A DNA stretch of 64,000 bases from Chiloscyllium plagiosum (lineage: Eukaryota), in contig NC_057719.1 in the NCBI RefSeq assembly GCF_004010195.1, positions 22,345,174 through 22,409,173 on the forward strand, in the 5' to 3' direction. Positions 23,960 to 36,737 of this stretch are shown here, in pieces; position 1 is the first letter of the stretch, and every line of letters begins with the position of its first letter. The position numbers were made by a program, and so were the translations under genes. The notes beneath the pieces are model-generated. The model saw only the letters and a list, made by a program, of their open reading frames with translations. It had not been told where the DNA came from and did not search any database.

Positions 23960-25020
23960 ACCATAAGATGTAGGAGCAGATTTAGGCTATTCAATTCAAC
24001 AATTCTGCTCTCCCATTCAATCATGGCTGATATGTTCTTCAATCTCATTGTCTTCTCTTCTCCCTGTCACCCTTGATCCCTTTTCTAATCTAAAGCCTAC
24101 CTATCTCTGGCTTAAATACACTTCAATGACTTGGCCTTCACAGCCATCTGCCACACTAAGTTCTACAAAACCATTACCCTCTGGGCTGAAGATATTCATC
24201 CCTTCACACTGAGGTTGTGTCCTCAGGTTGTCATCTCTTCTACTAGCAGAAAAATCTTCTCCACGTCCACTCTATCCAGGCCTCTCAGTATCCTGCAAAC
24301 TTCAGTGAGATCCCCCACCTCCACCTGCCCCGTCGCCAGCCTTCTAAACTGTGTCAAGTAGAAACACAGAGTCCTCGGCTGTTCCTCATACAGCAAATCT
24401 TTCATCCTCAGGATCAATATGTAAACCTCCTCTGGACCCCCTCCAATGCCAGCACATCGTTCCTTTGATACAGGGCTCAAAACTGCTCACAAAATTCCAA
24501 ATGCAGTCTGACCAGAATCTTGTACAGAGGCTTATGGAGCTTCAGCAGTACATCTCTGCTCTTGTTTTCTAACCATCTTAAAATTAATGCCATTTTGTCT
24601 TTCTAACCACCAACTGAGCCTGCATGTTAGCCTTAAAAGAATTCTGAACTGGGACTGCCAAGTCCCTTTGTGCTTCAGATTTCTGAAGTCTTTCCTCATT
24701 TAGAAATAGCCTCTGCCTCTATTCTTCCTACCAAAGTGCAAAGCCTCATACTTTCCCACAATGTATTCCATCTGCCACTTATTTGACCACTCCCCTAGCA
24801 TGTCCATATACTTCTGCAGCTTCCCTACCTCCTTAACACTACCTGAAAGTCCACTTCTCTTTGTGTAATCTGCAAATTTAGCAACACTGCCCTCATTTCC
24901 TTTATGCAGGTCATTAATGTATAGCATGAATAGTTGTGGTCCCAATACTGAACCCTGTGGAACTCCATTACTCACTGGCTGTCATCCTGAAAAAGACCCC
25001 TTTTGTCGTTCCTCTCTGCT
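23960..25020 (-). mobile_element. CR1 LINE fragment (RT C-terminal half plus 3' UTR)
   Basis: ORF 24700-24975 reads GVPQGSVLGPQLFMLYINDL...AKFADYTK...WSNKWQM. Confidence 0.92.
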
Positions 25021-25379
25021 ACTCCCAACCTACACACTAGATTTAGTCCACTGAAGCCTAGGCCTATCATGATTCTTGATGCATTGCCTTTCAGCAAACT
25101 CTGTCAGATTCTGATCCCATAATGTCTGTTTCTGCCTTTCTCTACCTCTTACACATTAAGTATGAGCAAATTAATGAACATTGAAATGGTCATCTATAAA
25201 AGTCTTCCACGGGTATCATTTCCTACTCCATGTCCCTGGTAAGTACGAATGATACTGATTCAGGTTGATCTGAAATTGTCTGACTTTCCAGTGTTCAGAA
25301 AATATTGGCAATGAATAACACATCAAAGCAGTTAGATGTTATCCCTCTGTGAAAACTGAGCAAAAGTCAACAGGAGACC

Positions 25380-25800
25380 AAAATTAGAAATTACAGTACC
25401 ATCTGCAGATGAAATCAATCGTTCTTGTTTTATTATTTTTGCTGACTCAAATTTCCCTTGACGAAAACAGAGAAACCTTTCCCCTTTGATGGCTTCCTGC
25501 CTCAGCAAAAACATGCCCCTCTGCACGGTCACTGTCACAACAGCAGCACTGGTAATCTAATCTGGCTGCTGCTGATTGTCCCTTTGAAATCTCCATTATT
25601 AAGCTGCTAGAATCTAATTACTAGACAATTTGCCCTCTCACAGTCCTGTGACAGCAGGAGGCTGTGTATTGAAGCTAATGCTTTGTTCAGAAGCCACGTG
25701 AATTCTTCATTCTTTCTCGCTGTACACACGCTGCTCTGTCAGAATTTAAAGCATCCTTGTCCTTGCACAAATGTTCCACCTTGATATCTTTCTAAGACTG
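25380..25800. promoter_or_regulatory. Candidate enhancer / conserved non-coding element
   Basis: Non-repetitive stretch with clustered TCF/LEF (25483, 25581), TAATCT x2 (25553), TAATTA (25615), TGACAG/CTGTCA (25649/25532), SOX-like, CACGTG (25695) and TGACTCA (25443) motifs. Confidence 0.3.
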
Positions 25801-25974
25801 TTTCTTCCCAATGCTTTTTATTGAAACTCCCTCCAAATTACATTGCTGTTGAAAGCAGCAACTTGTGATGAGACCCAATTCCACTGCCGCAGGCTTCCTT
25901 CTGGTACCTTGCCAAACAACCAGTCCTCACAAGTGAGAGTCAAAGTAAGTTCTGGCACAGTAAGGAAAGTTGGC

Positions 25975-26325
25975 TAGACTTCAGGAGCTTCCAAACTACT
26001 TTACAGCCCATCACGAATGTCTGAAATCCAGTCACTGTTAAAGTAGAGCAAACACAGAATCCAAATCGTACATACCAATGTTGTTCCAACAGCAGTGAAA
26101 TAAAATATAATACTTACTGCATATTTTCACAGATCTTGTCACCAGGGAGAGCTCTACTGCCTTTCATGAAATGGTGCCTTGCAATCCCTTACATCCGGTT
26201 GAGAAGCCTTTGTGTAATCTCATGCCAAAGACAGAATCTCTAACTGTGCAGCATCCCATCTGTATTGTACTGGAGTGTTAGTCCAGATCAAGCGTCTAAA
26301 GTAAGATTTGAAATCACATCCTTTG
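25975..26325 (-). mobile_element. Old Deu-domain SINE
   Basis: Degenerate match to the clearer copy at 41625-42010. Confidence 0.55.
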
Positions 26326-26744
26326 GAAAGGTCCACCATTGGTCCACAAATAATTCATTAAAGACTATTTCAAAACTAATGTTGTTCATATTAACAACAT
26401 TAAAGTGAATATTAGGGTATCAGGACAAGCCCAGGCACCTCTATAATGAAGGTTGGGGATGGGTGTGTGGAGGGTCGGAGTGGTGGTTGGGGTTTTTCTA
26501 AGCATTACAGGAATGCCCAGTCCTAAACTGTCTGCTACCAGATGTTGGATTCAGGTAGCTATCACGCATCTGCCTGTAGGGACCAGGGACCAAATGGACA
26601 GTCCCAGTCAACGTCTGGCCATTGGTTTTAGGCAGCCATTAACTGGGTCAGTTAGCTACATAGGTAGTGGGTGGCTAGCCTTGCTGAAGCCAAAGCTCAC
26701 CTCCACCTGAGGAACGGGATGGAGCCAGGGAACCTCCACTTGCC

Positions 26745-27200
26745 TAGATGAGTGCAGCTGCAATACTCAAAAGGTTCACCGTCATCCAGGACAAAAGATC
26801 CCAGAGTGGCACCTCACTCACGACTTTAAAAATTCATGTGAAAACAATAAATCATACTCAGACTCACTACTTTCACCATTGATGCACAGTGGCAGCAGTA
26901 TATTCCATCTACAAGATGCACTGCAGCAAGGCTCCTCTGATAGCACCTTCCAAGATTACAAACTCACAGAACCTCACAGAACCGGACACATTCCACAAAC
27001 TTGGAACAATATGGCTGCCACTTCACTATCTCCAGAGCTGAATCCTGTAGCTCTTTTCCAAACAGCACTGTGTGAGTATACATATACCCCAAATATTGCA
27101 GCAGTTCAAGAAAGCAGTTCACTGCTACCTTCCCTAGGGCAAATAATGATGGGCAATAAATGCTGGCCTAGTCAATGAATCTCAAATCTCATGAATGAAT
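26745..27200 (+). mobile_element. Non-LTR retrotransposon 3' fragment (same family as 8480-9255)
   Basis: GATGAGTGCAGCTGCAATACTCAA...CATCCAGGACAAA...GGGCAATAAATGCTGGCC. Confidence 0.7.
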
Positions 27201-28049
27201 ACAAAACACTAGCAAGTCAGCCAGTAGTGCGAGAAATAATGCCTGCTCACCTCTGCTCTTGCCCCACCAGTACCTCATTGTTATTCCCCAAAACAACTTC
27301 AAATCAGAAGGATGCAGCCTGTAAAACACGATCGCAGTCAATGGTGTGTATTTCAGAGTTCAGGCTACCATATATTTCATCCTTCTGTTGGAAGTGAACA
27401 CTATTGTTCCCATTGCATTAGGATTTCAGAAGATGTCATGGCATAGTTCAATTCAGCAGACAGGAAGAAAACTGACTTGATGAGTACTTGTGAAAATAAA
27501 CATTTAACAGTTCACCAAACATTACGCAAATACAGTTTTTACGAGTGTATATACTTTGCCAATACTGGTTAGGAGATATTGCAAACATAAGGTGCTCCAC
27601 CTTAAGGTGATAATACATTAAAGTAGAATTAAGACATGCTGAAAGGGAAAGTAGATTTATTTTAGTCAATGAAACAACTTTAACAAAATAATCAATATTG
27701 CTAAATGTAAATGACTGCATGTATCATGTCACTGCACTGTTGTGTGTGGTCCATCAGTGCAAGTAAATCTAAATGAAACATTCTGTCACAGTTATTTTGT
27801 TGGCTAGAAATCAGGAGCTTCAGTTTTAGATAATACAGAGAGAACAATATTATCTCTAACTGATTTAGGAGGGCTCATTCTAAGCTATGCTTTTATCCAA
27901 ACAGCATCTATCTTTTTTTTTCTTTATCAAACCCCATGTCTTTCATTATCAAAAACAATCTGAAAAATTTAAAATCAAAGTGTCATACACATATTATTCT
28001 TTCCCCAGGGGAGTGAGTAATGCACTGAGTTGGAATGTTATCCTTTCAA

Positions 28050-28450
28050 GCCTCAGTTTAGCTCAAATGGCAACAACACTTATCTGAGTCAGGCGACTAT
28101 AAATTCAAACCTCACTCTGGCAGTTGCTAACCAGACTAACGCCTTTTATGCAGTGCAGAGAAAAGTGTCACCTTTCAATTGCACTATTAGCCCCATTTGT
28201 TCATTCAGGTGAATTTAAATTATTTCCTGGTATCATTTGAACATGTTCATAGAAGTGCTGACCTGTATTCCTCACATAAGCATCATCACCAGAGATAAGC
28301 TATCAGGCTTTTTCTAATCATGTGCTGCTTGTTGGATCTCAAACTTCACAATCAGGCTGATAAATTCTCCAAAAACATGACAGTGATGGGACTTACCTGA
28401 TTTTGGAATTTGTGAGAATATGGTAAGATGCTATGTAAAGGTAAGTTTAC
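28050..28450 (+). mobile_element. Old tRNA-headed Deu-domain-like SINE
   Basis: TAGCTCAAATGG A-box, TTCAAACC B-box-like motif, GCCCCATTTG...CAGGTG block and GATGCTATGTAAA tail. Confidence 0.5.
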
Positions 28451-28514
28451 TCTTTTTGCTGCTTCCAAAAAGATCAAACCCTTCAGTTTAGTAGATCAAC
28501 AATAAGCAAGCAGT

Positions 28515-29170
28515 AAGTCACTCATACAGCATGTTTAACATGATAAAACATCCCTGGACATTTTGGGATCCTCATGAAGCATAAGACATAGAAGGAGATA
28601 TCAGGTCAGGTCATCAAAAATTTAGTTAGAGAGGTAGGATTTGAAGGAGTGTCTGAAAGGAGGAAAGTAAGTTGGGGAAGAAGAAATAGAACAGGAGATG
28701 AAAAGAGGGAGAATTAATGAAATAAAGAGATCTCGGAGAGTTGTGGGACTGGAGGAAATTACAGAGGTAAACAGGGGTGAAGCTATGGAGAGATTTGAAA
28801 ACAAGGATTAGAGAATTAACATTGAGCTGTTCCTTGACTGAGAGCTCGTGGTTGATAAGGAATGGGACTTGGTGTAGTTTAAGACACAGGCAGCCAATAT
28901 TGGATGACCTCAAGTTTAGGTCAGGGAGAATTTAGGAGAATAGCCAGGAATATGTTGGAGTACTTAAGTCCAGAGGTAACAAAGACAGGCATGAATAAGA
29001 GTTTCAGAAGTCAATGAAATATGATAGGATGAAGTTGGGCAATGTTATGGATTCGGAAATAGACAGTCACATTAATGCTGTGAATATGTGGTCAGAACTG
29101 ATCTCTTGTGGTAAAATCTGATGTTAATTTGCAACTAAACTAATTTAGGCTCAAACTTTAGCCAGGGCAG
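28515..29170 (-). mobile_element. L2-clade LINE 3' fragment
   Basis: Minus ORF remnant LILVFKSLHSFTPVYLCNFLQ resembles the L2 ORF2 C-terminal motif. Confidence 0.7.
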
Positions 29171-29607
29171 GACATGGAATTGATAGCCAAGGAATAGGGG
29201 GATAAAAAACTGATTGCACACTTGGGACTTGGCAACTGGAAGTTTATTGATATCTACTCTTCTTACTCTACTATAGTCTGGTGTCATCTTTCTGACGATA
29301 CATATTGCACAGGCAGATACAAGTGCACGATCACATTGTAGATAGCATTGAATGGGAATAGCTGCATCATTTGTATCTTTGTTATAACGTGAAAGGACTT
29401 CTACATTTGGATGTCAGAATGATGTGCTTTTTTTTAAGTGTGCATGCCATCAGTGGATGTAATACCAAAACACTATGCATATGCTGTCACATAGGAATTC
29501 TGCCTGCAATTGAATAGTTCTTGTTCTGGAATTGTTAATATTCCTGCCTTTCCAGTGATTGAAGAGTCAATGCAAATAACACCCGGCTCATCAATGCTCA
29601 GTTTCTT

Positions 29608-29910
29608 GGGGCAGCATGGTGGCTAAGTAGTTAGCACTGCTATCTCACAGCACGAGAGTCCCAGGTTTGATTCCAGCCTCAGGTGACTGTCTGCGTGGAG
29701 TTTGCACATTCTCCCCATGTCTGCGTGGGTTTACTCCGGTTTCCTCCCACACTGCAAAGATGTGCAGGTCAGGTGAATTGGCCATGCTAAATTGCCCATA
29801 GTGTTAGGTGCATTAGTCAGAGAGTAATGGGTCCGCGTGGGTTACTCTTCGGAGGGTTGGTGTGGGTTGGCTGGGCCAAAGGGCCTGTTTCCACACTGTA
29901 GGGAATCTAA
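29608..29910 (+). mobile_element. HE1/V-SINE-type SINE
   Basis: tRNA head, V-domain and CR1-type tail GGGCCTGTTTCCACACTGTAGGGAATCTAA. Confidence 0.92.
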
Positions 29911-31675
29911 CCCAGCTATGTTCATGTTTACTAACAGCTGAAAAATTAATAAAAGCTGGGAGAAATACCATAATTGAGACAAATGATGAAAACCATGATA
30001 GAAATGCAAGGAATAATGATGAAAATAAAATGAGTAGGTTTTTTTGTAAAATAAGGGGCAGTGTGGCTCTGAGAAAAACAGAATGGGACCACAAAGAGAT
30101 TGAGATCATGAGAAAAATTAAAGAAAGAAAGTCTTCAAAATAAATAAAGACACTGGGAAAATAAAAGGAAATTCTGTAGGAAAAGTGAGTGGAACAATTT
30201 GGGGAAAAAATCGGAAAAATCAGTGTATTATGTTTGGAGATTAATAATTCAGAAATATGCAACTGCAAAAGAACAGGAAGAGAAAAAATGTCAGATTATG
30301 GTATTTTACACCAACTGAGACACTTATACTGCAGCTTTGTACTTTACTCATTATTTCCCATTTTATTTACTGCATTTTTGTCTCTGTCTGACTAGATTAT
30401 TTTTAATTTCCATCTCTTCTCTGTCTTCCTCACCTTCCCTGTTGTTTCCCTCATATGTCAACAATGTCCTTGGCACTCATGGTTAAAATGATTGGCAGCA
30501 TTCAGCAAGATGTGAGCTGCAGAGAGAAGAAAGAAAACATTGCATAAGGAAGGTCCAGGAGATGAAAGGAAGAAAGGGAGAAAAATCAAACAAGCCGGGC
30601 AATGAAGCAGGAATGATCCAAGCAGCACAAGCAAGGGCTGACCCGAGCAATCAGAAAAAAAATACAAATGGAGGCATGTTGGAACAGAGAAAGACTCTTA
30701 AAAAAAATCTAACAGCCTGGAACGTAGGTGGGACAGATTGCTCATTGAAGAGAAAAGAGATTACACAGGTTAGGAACAGTGTACGGGGGTGGGGGGGTGG
30801 GGGGAGCGCTGTTATAGGCAATATTCCAATAAGAGTGTTCACTGCCGAAGGAATCCAATCACCACCTGTGGAGTAAATGGGGCTGGCGGGTCTTCCCTCT
30901 GTGTTTCATAGCAGTGAAATAGCAGAACATTCATATCTTCACTTCCAGCAGGAATGCAGTCAAACAGAAGGGGAAGCTTATATGGGGCCAAGTATTCTTT
31001 GGAAATGTACAGTGCTGGCTGACAGTCAGAGCACAAGCAAGTCAAATTCAATTGTACTCTGTTTGAGGGAATTTCTCATGCACTATTTATTCTGAAGCTA
31101 CTTGATGCAATGAACCTACCGGGTACTTGGCCAATAAACAGTGCCACTGCAGCACTCCAGTTCACACCAGTTATAGAATGATACCCAAACATTAACCATT
31201 ATAGTCTTGCACAGAGACAGAAAATCTTGCTTATCATTTAAGATTGTTGAAAGTATATTGGGCCACTGAGGTTTATTTTATGAGTTCTTAAGGAATCATG
31301 AAGCTTTATAATTATGAACGACAACAGCTTTCAGTAAGATAATCTTCAAATAAGGAAAGTCAAGCTCACCAAGGCAACAAATAATAAACTAATCAATCAG
31401 ATCTTCACCACTTGTATGGTAGATTTTGCATTTAACTGAAAGTAAGTATCACGATGCACTAACTAGAATGAGCATTGATTTGTTTTAGCCTTAGCACAGT
31501 GCACAAACTGATTAAATGTTCCACATTGCACAATATTTTCTAATCAACTCTTACTGAACTAATATTTTGCACCTTATAAACGGGAAATTCGGGATACATG
31601 TAACCAGGGTGCTACAGTAATCATGAAAGACTTTAATCTACACATAGACTGGATAGACAACATATGCAATAATAT

Positions 31676-32985
31676 GTGCAGATTACTGTTATTTTTCCCA
31701 AAGTGAATCACCTCACATTTATTGGCTTTGAACTCCATTTGCCACCTCTCAGCCCAATCCTGCAGTTTAATCAAGTCCCCTGCAACCTGCAACATTCTTC
31801 CACACTGTCCACTATTCCATCAACTTTTGTGTCATCTGCAAACCTACTAACCCATCCATCTATGCCTGCACTAAGTCATTTCTAAAAATGACAAGCAGCA
31901 GTGGTCCCAAAACATATCCTTGTGGCACATCACTAGTAACCAGACTCCAAGCTGAATATTTTCCATTAACCACCACGTGTTGCCTTCTTACAGAAAGCCA
32001 ATTTCTAATCCAAACTGCTAAATCACCCTCAATCCCATGCCTCTGCATTTTCTCCAATTGCCTACCATGTGGAACCTTATCAAAGGCTTTACTGAAATCC
32101 ATGTCCACCACATCAACTGCCCTACCCTCATCTACACGCTTGGTCATGTTCTCAAAAAATTCAAAGATGTTTGTGAGACATGACCTGCCCTTGACAAAAT
32201 CATGTTGACTATCTCCCATCAAGTTGTTGCTTGCTAGCTGATTATAAATCCAATCTCTTATAAAAATTTCCAAAACTTTTCCTACAACACATGTAAGGCT
32301 CACTGGTCTATAATTACCTGGATCATCTCTGCTGCCCTTCTTGAACAAGGCATGACATTTGCAATCCTCCAGTCCTCTGGTACTAAATCTGTAGATAATG
32401 ACAACTCAAAGATCAAGGCCAAAGGCTCCACCATCTCCTCCCTAGCTTCCCAGAGAATCCTCAGATAAATTCCATCCAGCCCAGGGGATTTATCTGGTTT
32501 CACACATTCTAGAATTGATAACACTTCCTCCTTACTGACCTCAATCCTTTCAAGTCTAATAGTCCCTATCTCAGTCTTTTCCTCTAAATTATTCTCCTTT
32601 CTTTGTGTGAAAACAGATGAGAAATATTTGTTTAGCACCTCTCCGATCTCCACAGGGTCCGCATACAACTTCCCACTTCTGTCTTTGACTGGACCTATTC
32701 CTAACTTCGTAATCTTTTTATTCCTCACATACCCATAGAAAGCTTTAGGGTTCTCCTTTACTCTAACTGCTAAAGACTGCTCATGTTCCCTCTTTGCTCT
32801 TCTTAAGTGTCTCTTTAAATCCTTCCTAGCTAATCTGTACCTCTCCATCGCCTGAACCATCTTGTCTCAACGTCACATAAGCCTCCCTCTTCTGTTGAAC
32901 AAGCGATACAATTTATTTAGTAAACCACGGTTCCCTTACCTTATCACTTCCTCCCTGCCTGACAGGGACATACCAACCAAGGACA
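31676..32985 (-). mobile_element. CR1 LINE ORF2 internal fragment (RT), frameshifted
   Basis: ORFs 32300-32860 and 31860-32348 contain KSPGLDGI, VPEDWRIANV, PGNYRPVSLT, QHDFVKGRSCLTN, DFSKAFDKVPH and VPQGYVLGP. Confidence 0.95.
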
Positions 32986-32989
32986 TGCA

Positions 32990-34735
32990 ACAGACCCAGA
33001 AATGTTAGAGAAGCAGAGACAATTAGGAAGGAGGAATTGAAGGAAATTAGTCATAACAATAAAAACGGTGAGAGAAGTGTGTGGGACTGAAAGCTAATAA
33101 ATCCCCAGGTCCTGATTGTATAACTCATAGAATAGTAAAATAATGTATTGGTTGTCATCTTCTCAAAGTCTGATGAAGTTGAAATTGTCCTGGCAGATTG
33201 GAGAGTGGCAAATATTTAAACATTAAAATGTTTAAACTGATCAAATAAGAGGGAAGGAAAAAACAAAGAATTGCAGACCCTCTGAGGTTGATAGGAGGAA
33301 AAATTCTACAATCTATTACACCAGAGGAAATAACAGGATGCTTAGACATGATCAGCAAGGTTAGACAAAGTCAAGACATGCCAAAGAAATATTAATAACT
33401 TGAAATATTGACTCTGTTTTCTCTTCATAGATGCTACTAGACCTGTTAAATATCTCTAGCAATTTTGTTTTTGTTTGCCTCAACATCCACAGTTCTTTCT
33501 TTCATTTTAGACCAAGTCAACATGGATTAATGAGAAGGCAATCATATTTGACTTGCCCACTGGTGTTTCTTTGAGGATTTAACCAGTAGGATAGACAAGG
33601 GAGAAAAATAGTAGACGTAGTGTATTTGGATTTTCAGAATTTTATTCTTACATAAGAAGGTAAAGGCTAATGTTTGGCATGAGTTTATAAATGGTTATAC
33701 ACAGAAAAGAGAGAGTAGGAATAAATGTATTTTCAGAGTGAAAGACAGTGACTAGTTGGTACCACAGGAATCAGCATTTGGGTGCAAGCTAGTCACTATA
33801 CATATGTATATATATATATGATTTGGATGAGTGCAATATTTCCAGATTTGGCAACAACACAAGATTAAGTATAATTGTGAGTTGTGAGGAGGAGATAAAG
33901 AGGCTTAAGAGAGATTTAGACAAGTTGAGTGAATGGGGAAATATATAGCAGATGTCTATAATGTAGGCAAGTTATCCCTTAGATTTGAAGAACAAAATGG
34001 CAGAATATTATTTTAACTGTTTTATTTTGGGAAATACTGATGTACAAAGGGACCCAGTCACTATGGCAAGCGTGCAGGTGCAAGAAGGATTTAGGAAGGC
34101 AAATATTATGTTAACCTTCATTGGAAGAGGATTTAAGCCTAGGAGTAAGGAAGCCGTGCTGCAGTTCCACAGGGTCTTGGTGAGTATTTTGTGCAGTTTT
34201 CGTCTCCATACCTAAAACAAGATATGTATACCATAGAAGGGTTTTAACAAAGGTTAACCAGACTGATTCCTGGGACAGCAGGATTTTTGTATGAGGAGAG
34301 ATTAGTTCGACTCGGCCTCTATGCACTGGGGTTTGGAAGGATGAGCAGGAATCTCATTGAAACATATAAATACTGACAGGGCTGGACAGATTGGATGCAG
34401 GGATGATGTTCCCCTGACTGGGGAATCTAGAGCAAGAAATCATGGTTTTGAGATTCAGGGTAGACCATTTAAGATTGAGATGAGGAAAAGTCTCTTTACT
34501 CAGAGGGTGGTGACCCTAGGCATGTCTTTACCACATTAGGTGGCAGAGGCCAAGTTACTTAATACAAGCAAAAAGAAGTAGATAGATTTCTAGACACAAA
34601 AGACATCAAGGAGAATGGGGTGGGGGTGCAGGACAGTGTAAGCATGAGTTAGAGGATCAGCCGTAGATAAATTTAACAGTGGAGCAGGCTTGCTGGGTTG
34701 GAAGGCCTCCTCCAGCTCCTATTGTCTACATTTCT
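32990..34735 (+). mobile_element. Older CR1 LINE (RT to 3' UTR) containing a Penelope-derived insert at 33375-33506
   Basis: Degenerate RT motifs and a CR1 3' end. The insert is flanked by TTAGAC(A/C)AAGTCAA at 33361-33374 and 33507-33520. A probable upstream piece of the same LINE lies at 31577-31670. Confidence 0.8.
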
Positions 34736-35352
34736 GAAAATGTTGAGTCATCCTGAGAGATGGATTTAATGAAATCAGTAGCCATTGCCTGATTATCACG
34801 CATTCAAACAGTGAACCAGCAGGAGATTTGCCTATGAAACACAAAAGCTGAATTTGATCCTTTGCTCAACCAATGTTCACATATGTGCTGCTTTCAGCAA
34901 GAGAGATGGTAAAATGACAAGGGATAAATGAGAACTTGTGTGTTACCCATCCTGATCAAGGGTCTCTGAGATCATATGCAGCCCACAGTAACTTGTGACA
35001 TCAAGCAATATGGGAATAGTATGGGAATATGGTATGGAGGTAGATGGTCAGCCCTATTCTAGAATAGTAGGGTAGTCTGCAGGACTAATCACCTGCTCCT
35101 GCTCCTGCTACTGCTAATATGTTCTTTTGTTTCTCTTACTGCAATCCCAATTGATCCTGCAACTGAGCATAACAAAGGAATAAGCATAGTCTTTCCTAAT
35201 GTTTATTGCTCAGAATTGCTATGGACATATATCTACCCATTGAGTCATCACATAACCTTGCATAGGCTAAAGTATAAGTGCAATATTTGAATTTATCATT
35301 CAGCAAATTTAGTGTGTATGCTGTTCACATGTTTCGTGAAATACACGTATTT

Positions 35353-35654
35353 TAGATTAGATGAGATTCCCTACAGCGTGGAAACAGGCCCTTTAGCCCA
35401 ACAAGTCCACACCGACCCTCCGAAGAGTAACCCACCCAGGCCCATTTCCCTCTGATGAATGCACCTAACACAATGGGCAATTTACTATGGTCAATCCACC
35501 TGACCTGCACACCTTTGGACTGTGGGGAGGAAACCGACACAGACAAGGGGAAAATGTGCAAACTCCACACAGACAGTCACCCGAGGCTGGAATCGAACCC
35601 GGGTTCCTGGCATTGTGAGGCTGCAGTGCTAACCACTGAGCCACCATGCCAGCC
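35353..35654 (-). mobile_element. HE1/V-SINE-type SINE
   Basis: Reverse complement has GGTGGCTCAGTGGTTAGCAC and GGGTTCGATTCC boxes, the V-domain and the tail. Confidence 0.92.
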
Positions 35655-36527
35655 ATATGCATTTTAATGCAAGAGAAACGTCAAATACCAACGCTTAAAT
35701 CTAAAGACATAAGAACTTTTGGGAACAGGAAAAGCCTAATTAATATAATAAACCATTCCTTCTTAATTGATCATCATCCATCTAGCCAACTTCACATCAG
35801 GAGGTAAATATTCTTCTGTTCATTAGGTGTAAAATGTTGCAAAAGATGTATTCATCATAAAGTCAAATGGGAACAATTTTATGATCTAATTTAAATTGCT
35901 TTTACACACAAGCACCAGAGAAATATTAATCACATCCTCCTCAAACATGTCTCTGTCCAAAAAACAGGAACAAAACAATTAGTCTTTCCACTTCAGTGAT
36001 CATCCTTGGTAAAATTGTGCACAAATCTATTACAAAGAAATGAGAAAGAAAGGTATATATACATGCATGTGTATGTGTGTATCATCATTCACACCCTCCT
36101 GATAAATGTTTTGGTGAGCACCAATTGTTTGAGCAACAGTGAGAACTGCTGGGCTTTGGCATCATTACTTGGAAAAGGAGGTTGATGCCTGGTGGACTGT
36201 TGTATTTGGAAATGTGAAATGTTTGGGAATGCACCTGCAATCTGCTGCTGACAAGTGAGTAATAAGTGCCACAACCTGAACTGCATTAGGTCTGGGTGTC
36301 GATATCACTGAACAGATTGTGCCATCTCATGATTATCAGGTCATGCTGGTAACAATGGCCCTTCAGAGTGATGTCAGGATATCTTATATTAATGTCTGCC
36401 CAAAAAGGTGTTTGTGATGGAGCATTCATTTAGCATGTCCTTGTACAGCTGTGAAATGTGGATGTCATATAGTTGCCAAGAGAAGATGTTCAACAGTTTC
36501 CATCTTCATTGTCTCTGATTACCAGTA

Positions 36528-36737
36528 GTCATGATTTGGAGATGCTGGTGTTGGACTGGGGTGCACAAAGTTAAAAATCACACAACACCAGGTTATAGGC
36601 CAACAGGTTTAATTGGAAGCACTCTAGCTTTCGGAGCAACGCTCCTCACACAATCACCTGATGAAGGAGCAGCACTCCAAAAGCTAGTGTGCTTCCAATT
36701 AAACCTGTTGGACTATAACCTGGTGTGTGATTTTTAA
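36528..36737. mobile_element. Palindromic hammerhead-bearing element with TSD (third family)
   Basis: 13-bp TSD CTGATTACCAGTA at 36515-36527 and 36738-36750. Inverted arms span about 36569-36739. Core reads CAC-CTGATGA-A-GGAG..CTCC-AAAAGCTA-GTG. Confidence 0.8.

Noticed and set aside
29608..29680. tRNA-like A/B-box sequences (also at 3341, 5400, 16700 and 35590)
   Set aside because: These are SINE heads followed by the V-domain and a LINE tail, not tRNA genes.
30786..30803. G-run GGGGTGGGGGGGTGGGGG as a functional G-quadruplex
   Set aside because: It could fold, but it is an isolated simple G-tract with no supporting context.
29813..30876. 151-aa hydrophobic minus ORF and Lys/Glu-rich plus ORFs
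   Set aside because: By-products of a purine-rich low-complexity tract and SINE overlap, with no domain evidence.
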